Assembly: GCA_963734535.1 (NCBI GenBank)
Contig: CAVTHS010000011.1
Location: forward strand, 96,001 to 160,000
Origin: an uncultured Chloroflexia bacterium
GTDB lineage: Bacteria > Chloroflexota > Limnocylindria > Limnocylindrales > CSP1-4
DNA: 64,000 nt
Reading direction: 5' to 3'
The translations under genes and the position numbers were made by a program. Shown here in pieces: positions 51,693-61,988 of the stretch (its first letter is position 1; each line of letters starts with the position of its first letter). The notes below the pieces were generated by a model that was given only the letters and a program-made list of their open reading frames with translations, had not been told where the DNA came from and ran no database searches.

Positions 51693-52886
51693 TCAGCCCG
51701 CCCAGGCCACGTGCCAGACCCGCCAGAGGGCGGTCGGGTCGGAGAGGGGATCGCCGTGGACGAGGCTGAAGTCCGCCGGCCCACCCTCGCGGATGACCCC
51801 GGCCTCCGGCTCGTCGAGCAGGTCGCCGCCGCGCCAGGTTGCGGCGCCGAGCGCCTCCCACGGCTCCAACCCGGCCGCCACCAGGCATTCCACCTCCCAC
51901 GCCAGGTGGTTCGCCCGGGTCGACCCGCCGCCGAAGTCCGTTCCGGTCGCGATGGCCACGCCCGCGGCGTGGGCAAGCCGAACGCTCTCCTCCGCCCGGG
52001 CCTGGCGCTCCAGGATCCGTGTTCGGCGCTCGGGAAGCGTGAAGCGCTCGATCGAGGTGGTGGTCGCGAAGCTGCGCCACGAGCGGAAGATCGCGAGCGT
52101 CGAGACGAGAACGGTGCCGCGCGCGGCCATCTCCGCGACGACGGCGGCATCGAGCTCCATCCCGTGCTCGATCGAGTCGACGCCGGCGGCGACGCCGACC
52201 CGCGCGCCCGCCAGGTCCCCGGAATGGGCCGTCACCTTGACGGCTCGCGCGTGCGCGGCAGCGATGACGGGCACCAGCTCGTCGGTGGACCAGGGGGCGA
52301 CGCCCGGCTCCGGCCCGTCCAGGTAGACCTTGAGCAGGTCGGCGCCGTCGTCGAGCTGGCCGATCGCGAGGCGTAGCAGCTCATCGGCGTCGCTGGCCTC
52401 CACGCTCCTGGGGCCGGGCATCGTGCCAGCGCGATCCAGCCACGACCCGGCCGCCCGGACGTGCGGGAAGCCCGCACGATCCCGCCACCGGTCGCGCACG
52501 CCCAGGCTGAGGGCGCGCAGGCGCCCGTCGACCGGATCCTCCACCCGCGGCGCCCCGACATCGCGCGCCCAGCGCACGCCCGCCGCGGTCATCAGGCGCC
52601 CGTTGCCCTCGGCGACGGCGAGGAGCCGCTCGGGCGGATCGTCGATGCGATCGATCCAGTGGGCGCCGCCAGGCAGGGTCACGTGGCTGTGGCAGTCGAC
52701 CATGCCTGGCACGAACGTCGAGCCGCTCGCGTCGACGAGGTCGGCTCCGCCCGGAACCTGGCCCTCGTCGTCGCGCGGACGGATCCATGCAATCACACCG
52801 TCCGCGACGAGGATGCTCGTGCCCGGCTGCAGACGATCCGAGCGCCCGTCGGCCAGGGCACCGTCCCGGTAGAGCGTCGTCTTCAT
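51693..52886 (-). CDS. Amidohydrolase family protein (prolidase-like)
   Basis: PGMVDCHSH, GADLLK, VTAH, SIEHG, ATGTD. Confidence 0.88.
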   Translation of the reverse strand: MKTTLYRDGALADGRSDRLQPGTSILVADGVIAWIRPRDDEGQVPGGADLVDASGSTFVPGMVDCHSHVTLPGGAHWIDRIDDPPERLLAVAEGNGRLMTAAGVRWARDVGAPRVEDPVDGRLRALSLGVRDRWRDRAGFPHVRAAGSWLDRAGTMPGPRSVEASDADELLRLAIGQLDDGADLLKVYLDGPEPGVAPWSTDELVPVIAAAHARAVKVTAHSGDLAGARVGVAAGVDSIEHGMELDAAVVAEMAARGTVLVSTLAIFRSWRSFATTTSIERFTLPERRTRILERQARAEESVRLAHAAGVAIATGTDFGGGSTRANHLAWEVECLVAAGLEPWEALGAATWRGGDLLDEPEAGVIREGGPADFSLVHGDPLSDPTALWRVWHVAWAG

Positions 52887-52914
52887 CGGTTGCTCCTGCT
52901 CAAGATGTGCCAGC

Positions 52915-54615
52915 CTATCCACCGGGCGCGAGGGCGCCCAGGCGCTCGGTGAGGCGCAGGTTCTCTCGGTAGTCGATGGGAACCTCCACCAGGCTCGGGC
53001 CGGGGTGGGCCAGGGCCCGCATCAGGGTCGGATAGAGGTCCTCGGCGGACGCGGGCCGGAACGCGGCAAGGCCGAACGATCGGGCGTAGGCCACGAAGTC
53101 GGGGTTCGTGAACGCCACCCCGAACGGGTGCCCGAACTCGGTGCGCTGCTTCCAGTCGATCAGCCCGTAGCCGTCATCGCGCCAGACGACCACCGTGACG
53201 TTCGCGCCGATCCGGCGGGCCGTCTCGAGCTCCTGTGAGTTCATGAGGAACCCGCCGTCGCCGCAGAGGGCGACGACGCGCCGATCCGGGTGGACGAGCT
53301 TCGCGGCGATGGCCCCCGGCACCGAGATTCCCATCGCGGCGAAGCCGTTGGAGATGATCACCGTGTTCGGTTCGTAGGCCTGGTACAGCCGCGCCACCCA
53401 GATCTTGTGCGCCCCGACGTCGCTGACAACGATGTCGGCCGGCTCGAGCGCGCGGCGAAGGTCGGCAATCGCCTTCTGTGGCCGGATCGGCCAGCCGTCG
53501 TCGTGCTCGTAGGCGCCCAGCTCCGCGAGCATCGCCGTGCGCAGGTCCTGGTGGACGAGCGTCTCGCGGGCCGCGTGGCGCTGGCCCGCGTCACGGCCGC
53601 CGATCCCGTAGGGGAGGACGGCCGCGAGCAATCGCCGCAACGTTCCGCCGATGTCGCCGATCAGCTCGACCTCGGGCTGGTAGGAGGCGTCGACCTCCGC
53701 CGGCTGCGTGTCGACGTGGACGATCCGCTTCTGCCGGTCCGGGTTCCAGCGAGACGGCGCGTACTCCACGAGGTCGTATCCGATCGACACGACGACGTCG
53801 GCTCGGTCGAAGCCCGACAGGACGTGATCGCGAGCCTGCATCCCGACGGCCATCAACGAGAGGTGGCTGCGATCGTCCACGGCGCCCTTGCCCATGAACG
53901 TCACCGCGACCGGGACGTGGAGCCCTTTCGCGAAGGCCCGCAGCTCCGCGGCGGCATGCCGCCGGATCACGCCGTTGCCGGCCAGCACGAGAGGCCGGCT
54001 CGACCCGGCGAGGAGCCGGGCCGCGTGGGCGATCGCCTCGTCGGTCGGCTCCGGGAAGTAGGCCTGCGACGGCTCGATGGGTCGGAGGGCGGCGTCGACC
54101 TCCATCGCCGCGATGTTCTCGGGCAGCTCGACGTGGGTCGGGCCCGGCTTCGCAAGCTGCGCCACGCGAAACGCCTTGCGCATGATCTCCGGGAGGGCGC
54201 CCGGCTGTCCGACGCGCTGGTTCCATTTCGTGACCGGCTCGAGCATCCGGACGATATCGACGAACTGGTGGGCTTCCTTGTGGATCTTGTCGGAACCGGC
54301 CTGCCCGGTCAGGGCGACCATGGGCGCCCTGTCGAGATGGGCGTCCGCGATCCCCGTGACCAGGTTGGTCGCGCCGGGACCCAGGGTTGACATCGCGACC
54401 GCCGCCCGGCCGGTCAGGCGCCCGTAGACGTCGGCCATGAACGCCGCACCCTGCTCGTGTCGGGTCGTGATGTGGCGGACGGCGTCCTGGCGGCTCAGCG
54501 CGTCCAGGACGTCCATCGTCTCCTCCCCGGGCACGGAGAAGACGTATTCGCACTCCTCCGCAGCGAGGCACTCGACCAGGAGGGAAGCTGCGGTTCGGGC
54601 GGGCGCGGGAGCCAT
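52915..54615 (-). CDS. Acetolactate synthase large subunit / ThDP-dependent enzyme
   Basis: TRHEQGAAFMAD, LGPGATN, GDGGFLMNSQELET. Confidence 0.9.
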   Translation of the reverse strand: MAPAPARTAASLLVECLAAEECEYVFSVPGEETMDVLDALSRQDAVRHITTRHEQGAAFMADVYGRLTGRAAVAMSTLGPGATNLVTGIADAHLDRAPMVALTGQAGSDKIHKEAHQFVDIVRMLEPVTKWNQRVGQPGALPEIMRKAFRVAQLAKPGPTHVELPENIAAMEVDAALRPIEPSQAYFPEPTDEAIAHAARLLAGSSRPLVLAGNGVIRRHAAAELRAFAKGLHVPVAVTFMGKGAVDDRSHLSLMAVGMQARDHVLSGFDRADVVVSIGYDLVEYAPSRWNPDRQKRIVHVDTQPAEVDASYQPEVELIGDIGGTLRRLLAAVLPYGIGGRDAGQRHAARETLVHQDLRTAMLAELGAYEHDDGWPIRPQKAIADLRRALEPADIVVSDVGAHKIWVARLYQAYEPNTVIISNGFAAMGISVPGAIAAKLVHPDRRVVALCGDGGFLMNSQELETARRIGANVTVVVWRDDGYGLIDWKQRTEFGHPFGVAFTNPDFVAYARSFGLAAFRPASAEDLYPTLMRALAHPGPSLVEVPIDYRENLRLTERLGALAPGG

Positions 54616-54765
54616 GTCGGCGCGAGTCTACCGTCCCCGTCAGCGGGCCGGCCGGGACGCGCCAGGCGCGGCGTCCGCCTGGGACCCGGAGGACGCACGG
54701 GGCCGTGATCGCGAGGAGACCCCCGATCGCGGGGAGGCCCACGATCGCGCATGCTGGGCCGCGGT

Positions 54766-54791
54766 TGAACGTTTTGCCGGCGCCAGTCGTC
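54766..54791 (+). promoter_or_regulatory. Candidate ECF sigma autoregulatory promoter
   Basis: TGAAC - 17 bp - CGTC, 8 nt before the ATG at 54800. Confidence 0.55.
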
Positions 54792-54799
54792 TGGTGAGC

Positions 54800-55369
54800 A
54801 TGACCGGAATGGAGCGAGCTGCCGTGGTGAACATCGGGGGGCCGGACCGCGACCGTACGGGCGGCGTGCGATCGAGGACCTTTGCCGAGCTGCTTGATCG
54901 GCGCGTGATCGACGGCGCCTATCGCTATGCGACGCTGATGATGGGCAACCGCGCAGACGCGGAGGACGCGACGCACGACGCCGCCCTGACCGCGTGGCGT
55001 CACCTTGGCGAGCTGCGCGACCCGGCGAAGTTCGAGGCATGGTTCGGGCGGATCGTGGTCAATGCGTGCCGCGACCGCCTCCGCTCGCGTCGCCGGATGC
55101 CCCTGCGGGTTGCGCTGGACCCGGAGCTGTCCAGCCCCGACCCGAACAGCGGGTTCGCCCGGCGTGACGCCCTCGCAGACGCAATCCGGTCGCTGAGCGC
55201 AGATCATCGCGAGGCCGTCGTGCTGCGGTTCTTCGCGGACCTCACGGTTGACCAGATCGCTGCTCGGACCGGGGTCGGTGCCGGGACCGTCAAGTCTCGC
55301 CTCCACTACGCGCTGCGCGACCTTCGTGCGGCCGTCGACGCCGAAGACCAGGGGAGATCCAGGCCATGA
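54800..55369 (+). CDS. ECF RNA polymerase sigma factor
   Basis: DAEDATHD, FEAWFGRIVVNAC, GTVKSRLHYA. Confidence 0.93.
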   Translation: MTGMERAAVVNIGGPDRDRTGGVRSRTFAELLDRRVIDGAYRYATLMMGNRADAEDATHDAALTAWRHLGELRDPAKFEAWFGRIVVNACRDRLRSRRRMPLRVALDPELSSPDPNSGFARRDALADAIRSLSADHREAVVLRFFADLTVDQIAARTGVGAGTVKSRLHYALRDLRAAVDAEDQGRSRP

Positions 55370-56748
55370 AGAGCGACGAGTCCTTCGAGCGCGACGTGCG
55401 TGCCTCACTCCTCTCGTCTGCCGACGAGCACGCGCCGGACGACCTCGTGGCGCGCATCGGGGAGATCCCTGCCCGGCAGCCGTCCCCATCGGCTGGCAGG
55501 GGTGGGCTGCACCTCGCCGCGCGCGCGGTCGTGAATCTTGCCGCCGCCGCGGTCGTCGTGGTCGCGGTCGCGGCGCTGATCGTGACGCGGAACGGGAGCC
55601 TGCCCCCGGGCGCGCAGCCGTCGGGATCGGCAAACCTGCCCACGGCAAGCGCCCCGACCGCGACGCCGGCCGCCTCGGCGTCCCCCTCGCTCGCGTCGCC
55701 CGCACCATCCGCGACGCCGACCGGTGCATCGGCCGCGCCGACCTCGATCCTCGGGCTCAGCCCCGTCTCGGTGACCTTCGTGTCGGCCACGGACGGCTGG
55801 GTGCTCGGGAAGGGCACGTGCCCGAGTGGATCCTGCGCGGCGATCATGCGGACCGCGGACGCCGGGCGCACCTGGACAGCGATCCCGGCACCCGATGCGC
55901 CGATCTTCCCCAGTCCCAGCCAGGTGACGCCGGGCATCAGCAGCATCCGCTTCGCCGACGCGCGCAACGGGTGGGCGTACGGGCCGGATCTCTGGACGAC
56001 TCACGACGGCGGGGCCACGTGGGCCCGCCTGACGATCGCGGGGCTCGCCGCCGATTCCTCGGTCGTCGCCCTCGAAGCGGGAAACGGGTCGGTTCACGCG
56101 GCCGTGCTCGACGGACAGGGCTTTCGCATCGCGACGGCCGCGGTCGGAACGGACGACTTCCGCCTGTCCGCGGTTCGCGTCCCCGTGGGAGCGGGGCCGG
56201 TCCCCGCGGTGCAGCTGGTCCTTTCCGGGGCTGCCGGCTGGCTGCTCGAGAACGACCGGACGGTCGTCGGCGGTGCCCGCCTCGTCAACGGCGCCTGGGT
56301 CGCCTGGCAGCCGCCATGCCTCGACGTGGTGGGCCCGGCGTACCTCGCGGCGTCCAGCTCGACCGAGCTGGCGGCAGCCTGCGACGTGGGGCTCTGGGGC
56401 AGCCCGACGGGCAGCCACCTGTTCGTGTCGCATGACGGTGGCGCCACGTTCGCCGAGGCGGCGACGGCCGTGCCGCTGACCATGACCGGCCAGGTCACCG
56501 CGGCGTCGGCGTCCGTGACCGTGGTCGGCGGCACCGACGCGTCCGGAACCGTCCTCGTCGCGACGTTCGATGCCGGGCGGACATGGTCCGTGGTCGCACG
56601 GCTCGGGATGGCCGGCCTCGGTGACCTGGGGTTCACCACGCCGACGCAGGGCGTGCTGATCGCCACCTTCGCCAACGCGCCGGCGACGTTCTGGATGACC
56701 CGCGATGGGGGCCGCACGTGGAGCGTCGTCGGGGCTGCCGGGGGCTGA
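55366..56748 (+). CDS. Putative anti-sigma factor with extracellular BNR/YCF48-like beta-propeller
   Basis: ATGA-coupled to the ECF gene; one TM; repeated TxDGGxTW Asp-boxes. Confidence 0.8.
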   Translation: MKSDESFERDVRASLLSSADEHAPDDLVARIGEIPARQPSPSAGRGGLHLAARAVVNLAAAAVVVVAVAALIVTRNGSLPPGAQPSGSANLPTASAPTATPAASASPSLASPAPSATPTGASAAPTSILGLSPVSVTFVSATDGWVLGKGTCPSGSCAAIMRTADAGRTWTAIPAPDAPIFPSPSQVTPGISSIRFADARNGWAYGPDLWTTHDGGATWARLTIAGLAADSSVVALEAGNGSVHAAVLDGQGFRIATAAVGTDDFRLSAVRVPVGAGPVPAVQLVLSGAAGWLLENDRTVVGGARLVNGAWVAWQPPCLDVVGPAYLAASSSTELAAACDVGLWGSPTGSHLFVSHDGGATFAEAATAVPLTMTGQVTAASASVTVVGGTDASGTVLVATFDAGRTWSVVARLGMAGLGDLGFTTPTQGVLIATFANAPATFWMTRDGGRTWSVVGAAGG

Positions 56749-56859
56749 TCGCGGTGCTGGCGGTCCGGCCGACGCCCGCCGCTGGGCGGACGCCCGGGCT
56801 GCGGCAACGCCGGGAGCGTGACCGACGCCCGGGGGCTCCGGCCGTCGCCGGCCGTACCC

Positions 56860-58470
56860 TCAGGACACCATCACGAGGATCCGGTGGTGCCCGCGTGCCC
56901 CGTCGGGGGCGGGATCGGAGCGCTGGTCCGTCTGGACGTCCCCGCTTCCGTCCGTGGCGCGGACCTCCAGGTTGTGCGCGCCGGGCGTGGCGGTCCAGGC
57001 CAGCGTCCACTGGACCCAGGTTGCCGTCGAGATCGGCCGGCTGATCCGGGCCGCCTGCCAGGACCCGTCGTCGATCTTCACCTCGACCGCGGTGATCCCG
57101 CGGTCGGGCGCCCAGGCGACGCCCGCGATGGCAACCACGCCCGCCCGCACCGAGGCACCGTCGGCCGGCACGTCGATCCGTGACTGGGTCAGGATGGGCC
57201 CGTCCTTGGCCCAGCCGAGGGGCACCCAGTAGCCATCGACCGCCTCGCGGGTCGTGAGCTCGATCTCCGAGAGCCACTTGGTCGCCGAGACGTAGCCGTA
57301 GAGCCCGGGCACGATGAGGCGGGCCGGGAAGCCGTGGTTGGTCGGCAGCGGCTGGCGGTTCATGCCGACCGCGATCATCGGCTCCCGCCCGGGCGCCATC
57401 GCCCAGGCCGTCGGGAACCCCACCGTGAAGCCGTCGACCGAGCGCCCCACGATCTGGGTCGCGCCGGGAGCGACGCCTGCGCTCTCCAGCACGTCCTTGA
57501 GGCGCACCCCGGTCCACAGGGCGTTTCCCACCAGGTGGTCGCCGACCCGGTTGCTGACGCAGGCGATCGTGACGTACTGCTCGTAGAGGGGCATCGCGAG
57601 CAGCTCGTCGTAGGTGAACGTGAGGGGATGCGCGACCATGCCTTTCACGTCCAGCTTCCAGGTGGCGGGGTCCACGCGCGGGACGAGCAGCGTCGTGTCG
57701 ATCTTGTAGAAGTCGGCGTTCGGGATCACGAGCGGCGTGATGCCCGGGACCGCCAGCGCCTGGTCGGCCGCGAGCGGAGAAACCGCGAGGAACGGGGCCG
57801 GGATCTTCGAGGAGCTCACGACCGCGTCGGCATGCTGCACGTCGATGAGCGACCGGCCCACCCCGCCCGCGACGATGACGCCACCGAGCGTGCCTGCGCT
57901 CGCGATCAGGAATCGGCGACGGTTCCACTCGGGGCTCTCGAAGGCCGTGACCGGGTCGTCGGTGCCGCGCCGGGCGGCGGCGGCGCTCGCGAGCCCGAGC
58001 AGGCCCAGCAGCGTGACGATGCCCGCGCTCACCGCGACGGCGGCATTGCCCACGGCGAGCGCCTGTGACGCGAGGGGGTCGCGGAGCGCGGCCGCGCCCG
58101 CGAGAAGCCCGACCGCCCCGAACGTGACCACCCCCAGCCAGCGCCGTCGCGCCGCGAGGATGCCGGCGAGGGCGGCGAGCACCAGCGCGACGACGACCAC
58201 GGCGACGTTGAGGGCGACCTTGTCGTTGGTCCCGAACAGATTGACCACGAGGTCCTTGGCGCCGGGTGGCTGCAGGCTGATCACCAGCGACCCGATCGCC
58301 GCGACCAGGGAGGGCGCGCCCTGGACCAGGCCCGCGACAAGCTCGGACGCCGCGATCGCCACGCCCGCAGCGAGGGCCCCTGCGACGGCGCCGGGCCAGC
58401 GAAAGGAGAGGCGTCCCAGCCGGGCCGGATGGCGACCGGGCATCGGGCCCGGCGCGTTCGTGGCGTCCAT
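56860..58470 (-). CDS. Molybdopterin-dependent oxidoreductase (sulfite oxidase family) with N-terminal TM region
   Basis: TIACVSN, GNALWTGV, HGFPARLIVPGLYGYVSATKW. Confidence 0.9.
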   Translation of the reverse strand: MDATNAPGPMPGRHPARLGRLSFRWPGAVAGALAAGVAIAASELVAGLVQGAPSLVAAIGSLVISLQPPGAKDLVVNLFGTNDKVALNVAVVVVALVLAALAGILAARRRWLGVVTFGAVGLLAGAAALRDPLASQALAVGNAAVAVSAGIVTLLGLLGLASAAAARRGTDDPVTAFESPEWNRRRFLIASAGTLGGVIVAGGVGRSLIDVQHADAVVSSSKIPAPFLAVSPLAADQALAVPGITPLVIPNADFYKIDTTLLVPRVDPATWKLDVKGMVAHPLTFTYDELLAMPLYEQYVTIACVSNRVGDHLVGNALWTGVRLKDVLESAGVAPGATQIVGRSVDGFTVGFPTAWAMAPGREPMIAVGMNRQPLPTNHGFPARLIVPGLYGYVSATKWLSEIELTTREAVDGYWVPLGWAKDGPILTQSRIDVPADGASVRAGVVAIAGVAWAPDRGITAVEVKIDDGSWQAARISRPISTATWVQWTLAWTATPGAHNLEVRATDGSGDVQTDQRSDPAPDGARGHHRILVMVS

Positions 58471-58475
58471 CGCGA

Positions 58476-58853
58476 TCAGCCGCGCTCCACCCACGTGGCC
58501 CGCCACTCGGGCGCGGGGAACGGCTTTGCCCAGTACACGGTCTCGCGGACGATCCGGCCGTCGCGACACTCGAAGATGAAGACGACCTGGTACGTCTCGG
58601 TGCCGTAGTCGAGCACCGCCTCCATGGTCACCAGGTCGCCGGAGGAGACGGTGCGGTAGGGGGTGATCGTCGGGAGCGATGGGAAGGCGCGGTAGATGCC
58701 CTGGCGGTTCGCCCTGCCCCGGATGATCTCGCCGGACTGCGGCCAGGAAAGGACGGAGTCGTCGACGAACACCTCGTTCATGACCTCGACGTCCTTCGCG
58801 TTGAGGCCCGCCACCAGGCGTTCGACGGCGCGCACGTTGGCGGTTTCGCTCAT
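58476..58853 (-). CDS. NTF2/SnoaL-like protein
   Basis: WPQSGEIIRG, GRIVRETVYW, PFPAPEWR. Confidence 0.85.
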   Translation of the reverse strand: MSETANVRAVERLVAGLNAKDVEVMNEVFVDDSVLSWPQSGEIIRGRANRQGIYRAFPSLPTITPYRTVSSGDLVTMEAVLDYGTETYQVVFIFECRDGRIVRETVYWAKPFPAPEWRATWVERG

Positions 58854-59108
58854 CCGGCAACCCCCCTTCGTGTTTGAGCGCCTGGACAACGCGGGTCCGG
58901 TCGCGGTCCCGCCGCGTCGTCCGCCGGCGCGCTCCGCTTCCGCGATCGTACGCCGGAGTCGCCCGATCGTCGTTCCTGGCCTCCGGTCGAGGACCCGCCC
59001 CGTGCTGTCGGCGCCCCGACGACCCTCGCCGGCATGGCCGGCCCGCGATACCCTGACGCTGGAACGGCCGGCCGATCCGGCCAGGTCCGGGTCGAAGGGG
59101 GGTTCGGC

Positions 59109-59810
59109 ATGCGGAGCATCGGTCCCACCCTTCCCGGCCGCGTGCTCGTCCTGGTCCCGGCATTCAACGAGGCTGGGCGGATCGGTGCCGTCGTGCGAGG
59201 GGCGCGCGTCCATGTGCCGGTCCTCGTGGTCGACGATGGGTCGACGGACGCCACCGCAGCCGAGGGCGAGGAAGCCGGCGCCAGCGTCCTTGTCCAGCGC
59301 CCGAACCAGGGCAAGGGTGCCGCGTTGCGGGCCGGATTCCGCTGGGCGCTCGAGCGCGGCTTCGAGGCCGTGGTGACGCTCGACGGCGACGGCCAGCACG
59401 ATCCCGCCTCGATCCCCGCCTTCCTGACGGCGCGGACCATCGCCGGCGACGTGCTGGTCATCGGCTGCCGCGACTTCCGGCGGATGCCCCTGTCGCGCAG
59501 GCTGGCCAACTCCGCCGGCGGCCGGGCGTTCTCGTGGGCGGTCGGCCGCGACATCCCCGACAACCAGTCCGGGTATCGGCTGATCGACCGGCGGCTCATG
59601 GTCGCCCTGCTGGCCAGCCGGGAGACGGGCTTCGCGTTCGAGGTCGAGATGATCACCACCTGCATCCGCGGCGGGTGGCCGATGGCATGGGTGCCGATCG
59701 GCACGATCTATGCGGGCGAGCACAGTCACATCCGGCCCCTCCGGCACCTCGTGAGCTTCATTCGTGTCGTACGGCAGGCACGACAAACTGTTCGGCTGCC
59801 ACTCCCGTAG
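59109..59810 (+). CDS. Glycosyltransferase family 2 (DPM1-like)
   Basis: VPAFNE, VVDDGSTD, NQGKG, LDGDGQH, DNQSGYR. Confidence 0.92.
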   Translation: MRSIGPTLPGRVLVLVPAFNEAGRIGAVVRGARVHVPVLVVDDGSTDATAAEGEEAGASVLVQRPNQGKGAALRAGFRWALERGFEAVVTLDGDGQHDPASIPAFLTARTIAGDVLVIGCRDFRRMPLSRRLANSAGGRAFSWAVGRDIPDNQSGYRLIDRRLMVALLASRETGFAFEVEMITTCIRGGWPMAWVPIGTIYAGEHSHIRPLRHLVSFIRVVRQARQTVRLPLP

Positions 59811-59989
59811 CCAGGGTGTCAGTCGGCGGTGGCGCCCGGGGTGGGCGGCAGTCGCTCTCCGGTCGGGTCGGGTGCCGTTGCGCAACGGAGATACGAGCAA
59901 CCCGGGCGGCATCCGGACCCGGAGGCCGGTCGCCGCGGCCAGCGCCGGCGGCCCGCGCGGCCCGGTCGAGCGGCCTACCCTAGGCGACG

Positions 59990-60649
59990 ATGCCCCGCCC
60001 CAGGACCGCCCGCGTTCCATCGGCAACCCCGGGCGCCGCGCCCGGAGCCCCGGCCCGCTGGCCGCGATCGGCCAAGGTCGCCTTCATCGGCTCGCACGGG
60101 ATCCGCAAGACGAGCGCCGTGCTTGCGTTCGCGGCGACCGTCCAACGCGCGGGCTGCTCGGCGGAGCTGGCCCGCGAAGTTGTTCGTGACAACCCGCTCG
60201 GGATCAACGAGGGCGCCACCGGGGAAGCGCAGCTGTGGGTGCTCGTCTCGCAGATCCGGCAGGAGCTCGAGCTGGCCCGCAAGGCCGACGTCCTCGTGAC
60301 TGATCGCGGCGTGATGGACAACTTCGGCTACTACCTTCGGGCCTGCGGCGGGGCCGACCGGTACGCGGTGGAGCCGCTCGTCCGCAGCTGGTCCGGGACG
60401 TACGACCTGGTGGTCCGGCTCCTGCCGGACATCGAGCTCCAGCCGGATGGGGTCCGGAGCACGAATGACGCGTTTCGCGACGAGGTCGAGGAGATCCTCG
60501 ATCGCGTCCTTCCGACGCTGGTGGAGACGGGCCGGCTGGTCACGCTCCGCGCGTCGGAGGTGACGAGCCGCTACGACTGGTGGGCGCTGCTGGAGCGGCT
60601 GGCCGCGTCCGTCGGTGCCCTGATTCGCCCGCCGACCATCTGGACGTAG
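59990..60649 (+). CDS. P-loop protein, NadR/AAA_28-like
   Basis: KVAFIGSHGIRKTS, DRGVMD, YDLV, DGVRS. Confidence 0.75.
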   Translation: MPRPRTARVPSATPGAAPGAPARWPRSAKVAFIGSHGIRKTSAVLAFAATVQRAGCSAELAREVVRDNPLGINEGATGEAQLWVLVSQIRQELELARKADVLVTDRGVMDNFGYYLRACGGADRYAVEPLVRSWSGTYDLVVRLLPDIELQPDGVRSTNDAFRDEVEEILDRVLPTLVETGRLVTLRASEVTSRYDWWALLERLAASVGALIRPPTIWT

Positions 60650-60743
60650 CGCCGCCGCGATCCGCCAGGCGGCATCCCGGAGTGCCGGCCCGGCGGCATC
60701 GCGAACGACCGGCCCCACCCGTGGCGCCGCCGCCACCCGCCGC

Positions 60744-61988
60744 TCAGAACATCGTGCTGCACCAGGGTGCCCGCGCGGCCGCGAACAGCGCGTCGGCGCG
60801 GAGGAGCGCCCCGGCGGTGCTCTCGACGACGCGCCCCACCCGCGCGAGCTCCGAGAACCGGAAGGTGCCGAGATACGTCGCGCCGAGGTCGGCCGCGTCG
60901 AGCGTGACGTCCGGCTCGGCGGTCGTGGATTCCACGCGTCCACTCCCATCGTCGCCGACGTCGAGACGCCAGCGACCGGCATTCCACGGGCAGAAGCCGT
61001 CCCGGACCTCGAGCACGAGCGAGCCCGCGCGCCCGTAGGTGCGCGCCGCCAGCGCGGCCGGGACGTCCACGACCCGGAGCCAGATCGCGTCGCCGACCGT
61101 GAAGCCCAGGCGGCGCGGATCCGCGAGCAGCAGCTGGAGCGGGTGCGGGACGGGACCGCGGACGGCGCGAACCAGCCGGACCAGGTCCACCTCGAAGAGC
61201 CACCTCCAGAGGTCGCGGGTCGCCCGCGGCGTCGTCGCCAGCACCTCCAACGCGACGAGCCGGCCATTCGGGCCCCGGTCGTCCCAGTCGGGCTTGACGC
61301 GGTAGAGGGCGGTCCCTTCCACCTGCCCGTCCGCTTCGTACACGGCGAGGAACTTCATGCCGTTCACGCCACGCATGTGATCGGTGTCACGGAGCGTGAT
61401 CCAGCGCCACCACGTCTCGCTGCGGCCCACCATCCCCGGCGTCTCGACCCGCACCCGGTCAAAGAGCGCGGGGAAGAGGCCCAGCGCCGTCTCGAGGTCG
61501 ACGAGGCGGACGGTTCCCTCGATGGGAGCCTGCCGCGCGAAGCCGGCGGCTCCCCGCTCGATCTCGAAGGTCCCGCTGAGCGTGGCCAGGCCGTACCCGA
61601 ATCGCTGGTAGATGGCGCCCTCGGAGGCCCACAGGATCGCGAGGGACTCGCCCCGGGAGTGGATGTCGTCGAGCTGGTGGCGCATCATCGAGCGCAGGAT
61701 GCCGCGCCGGCGGTGGGAGGGGCTGACCCCGACGAGCGTCACGCCCGCGGCGGCCGCCTCGCCGCCCGGCACGCTCATGCGGAACGTCAGGGCCCCGGCC
61801 GACGCGACCGGCTGCGTGCCGTCGAACGCCGCGATGATCCGGTCCGGCTCCCAGGTTCGGCGTTCCTCGTCGCCCGGGTCCGGCATGTCCGCGAAGGCGA
61901 GGTTGAGCGGGGCGACGAACGCCTCGACCGTCTCGAGGGTCGCCGTCCGGATGGGATACCGGTCCGCCGTCCCCGGCGTGTCCATCAT
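60744..61988 (-). CDS. Eis-like GNAT acetyltransferase
   Basis: VGVSPSHRRRG, LWASEGAIYQRFGYG, WLRVVDVPAAL; SCP2-like C-terminus. Confidence 0.9.
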   Translation of the reverse strand: MMDTPGTADRYPIRTATLETVEAFVAPLNLAFADMPDPGDEERRTWEPDRIIAAFDGTQPVASAGALTFRMSVPGGEAAAAGVTLVGVSPSHRRRGILRSMMRHQLDDIHSRGESLAILWASEGAIYQRFGYGLATLSGTFEIERGAAGFARQAPIEGTVRLVDLETALGLFPALFDRVRVETPGMVGRSETWWRWITLRDTDHMRGVNGMKFLAVYEADGQVEGTALYRVKPDWDDRGPNGRLVALEVLATTPRATRDLWRWLFEVDLVRLVRAVRGPVPHPLQLLLADPRRLGFTVGDAIWLRVVDVPAALAARTYGRAGSLVLEVRDGFCPWNAGRWRLDVGDDGSGRVESTTAEPDVTLDAADLGATYLGTFRFSELARVGRVVESTAGALLRADALFAAARAPWCSTMF

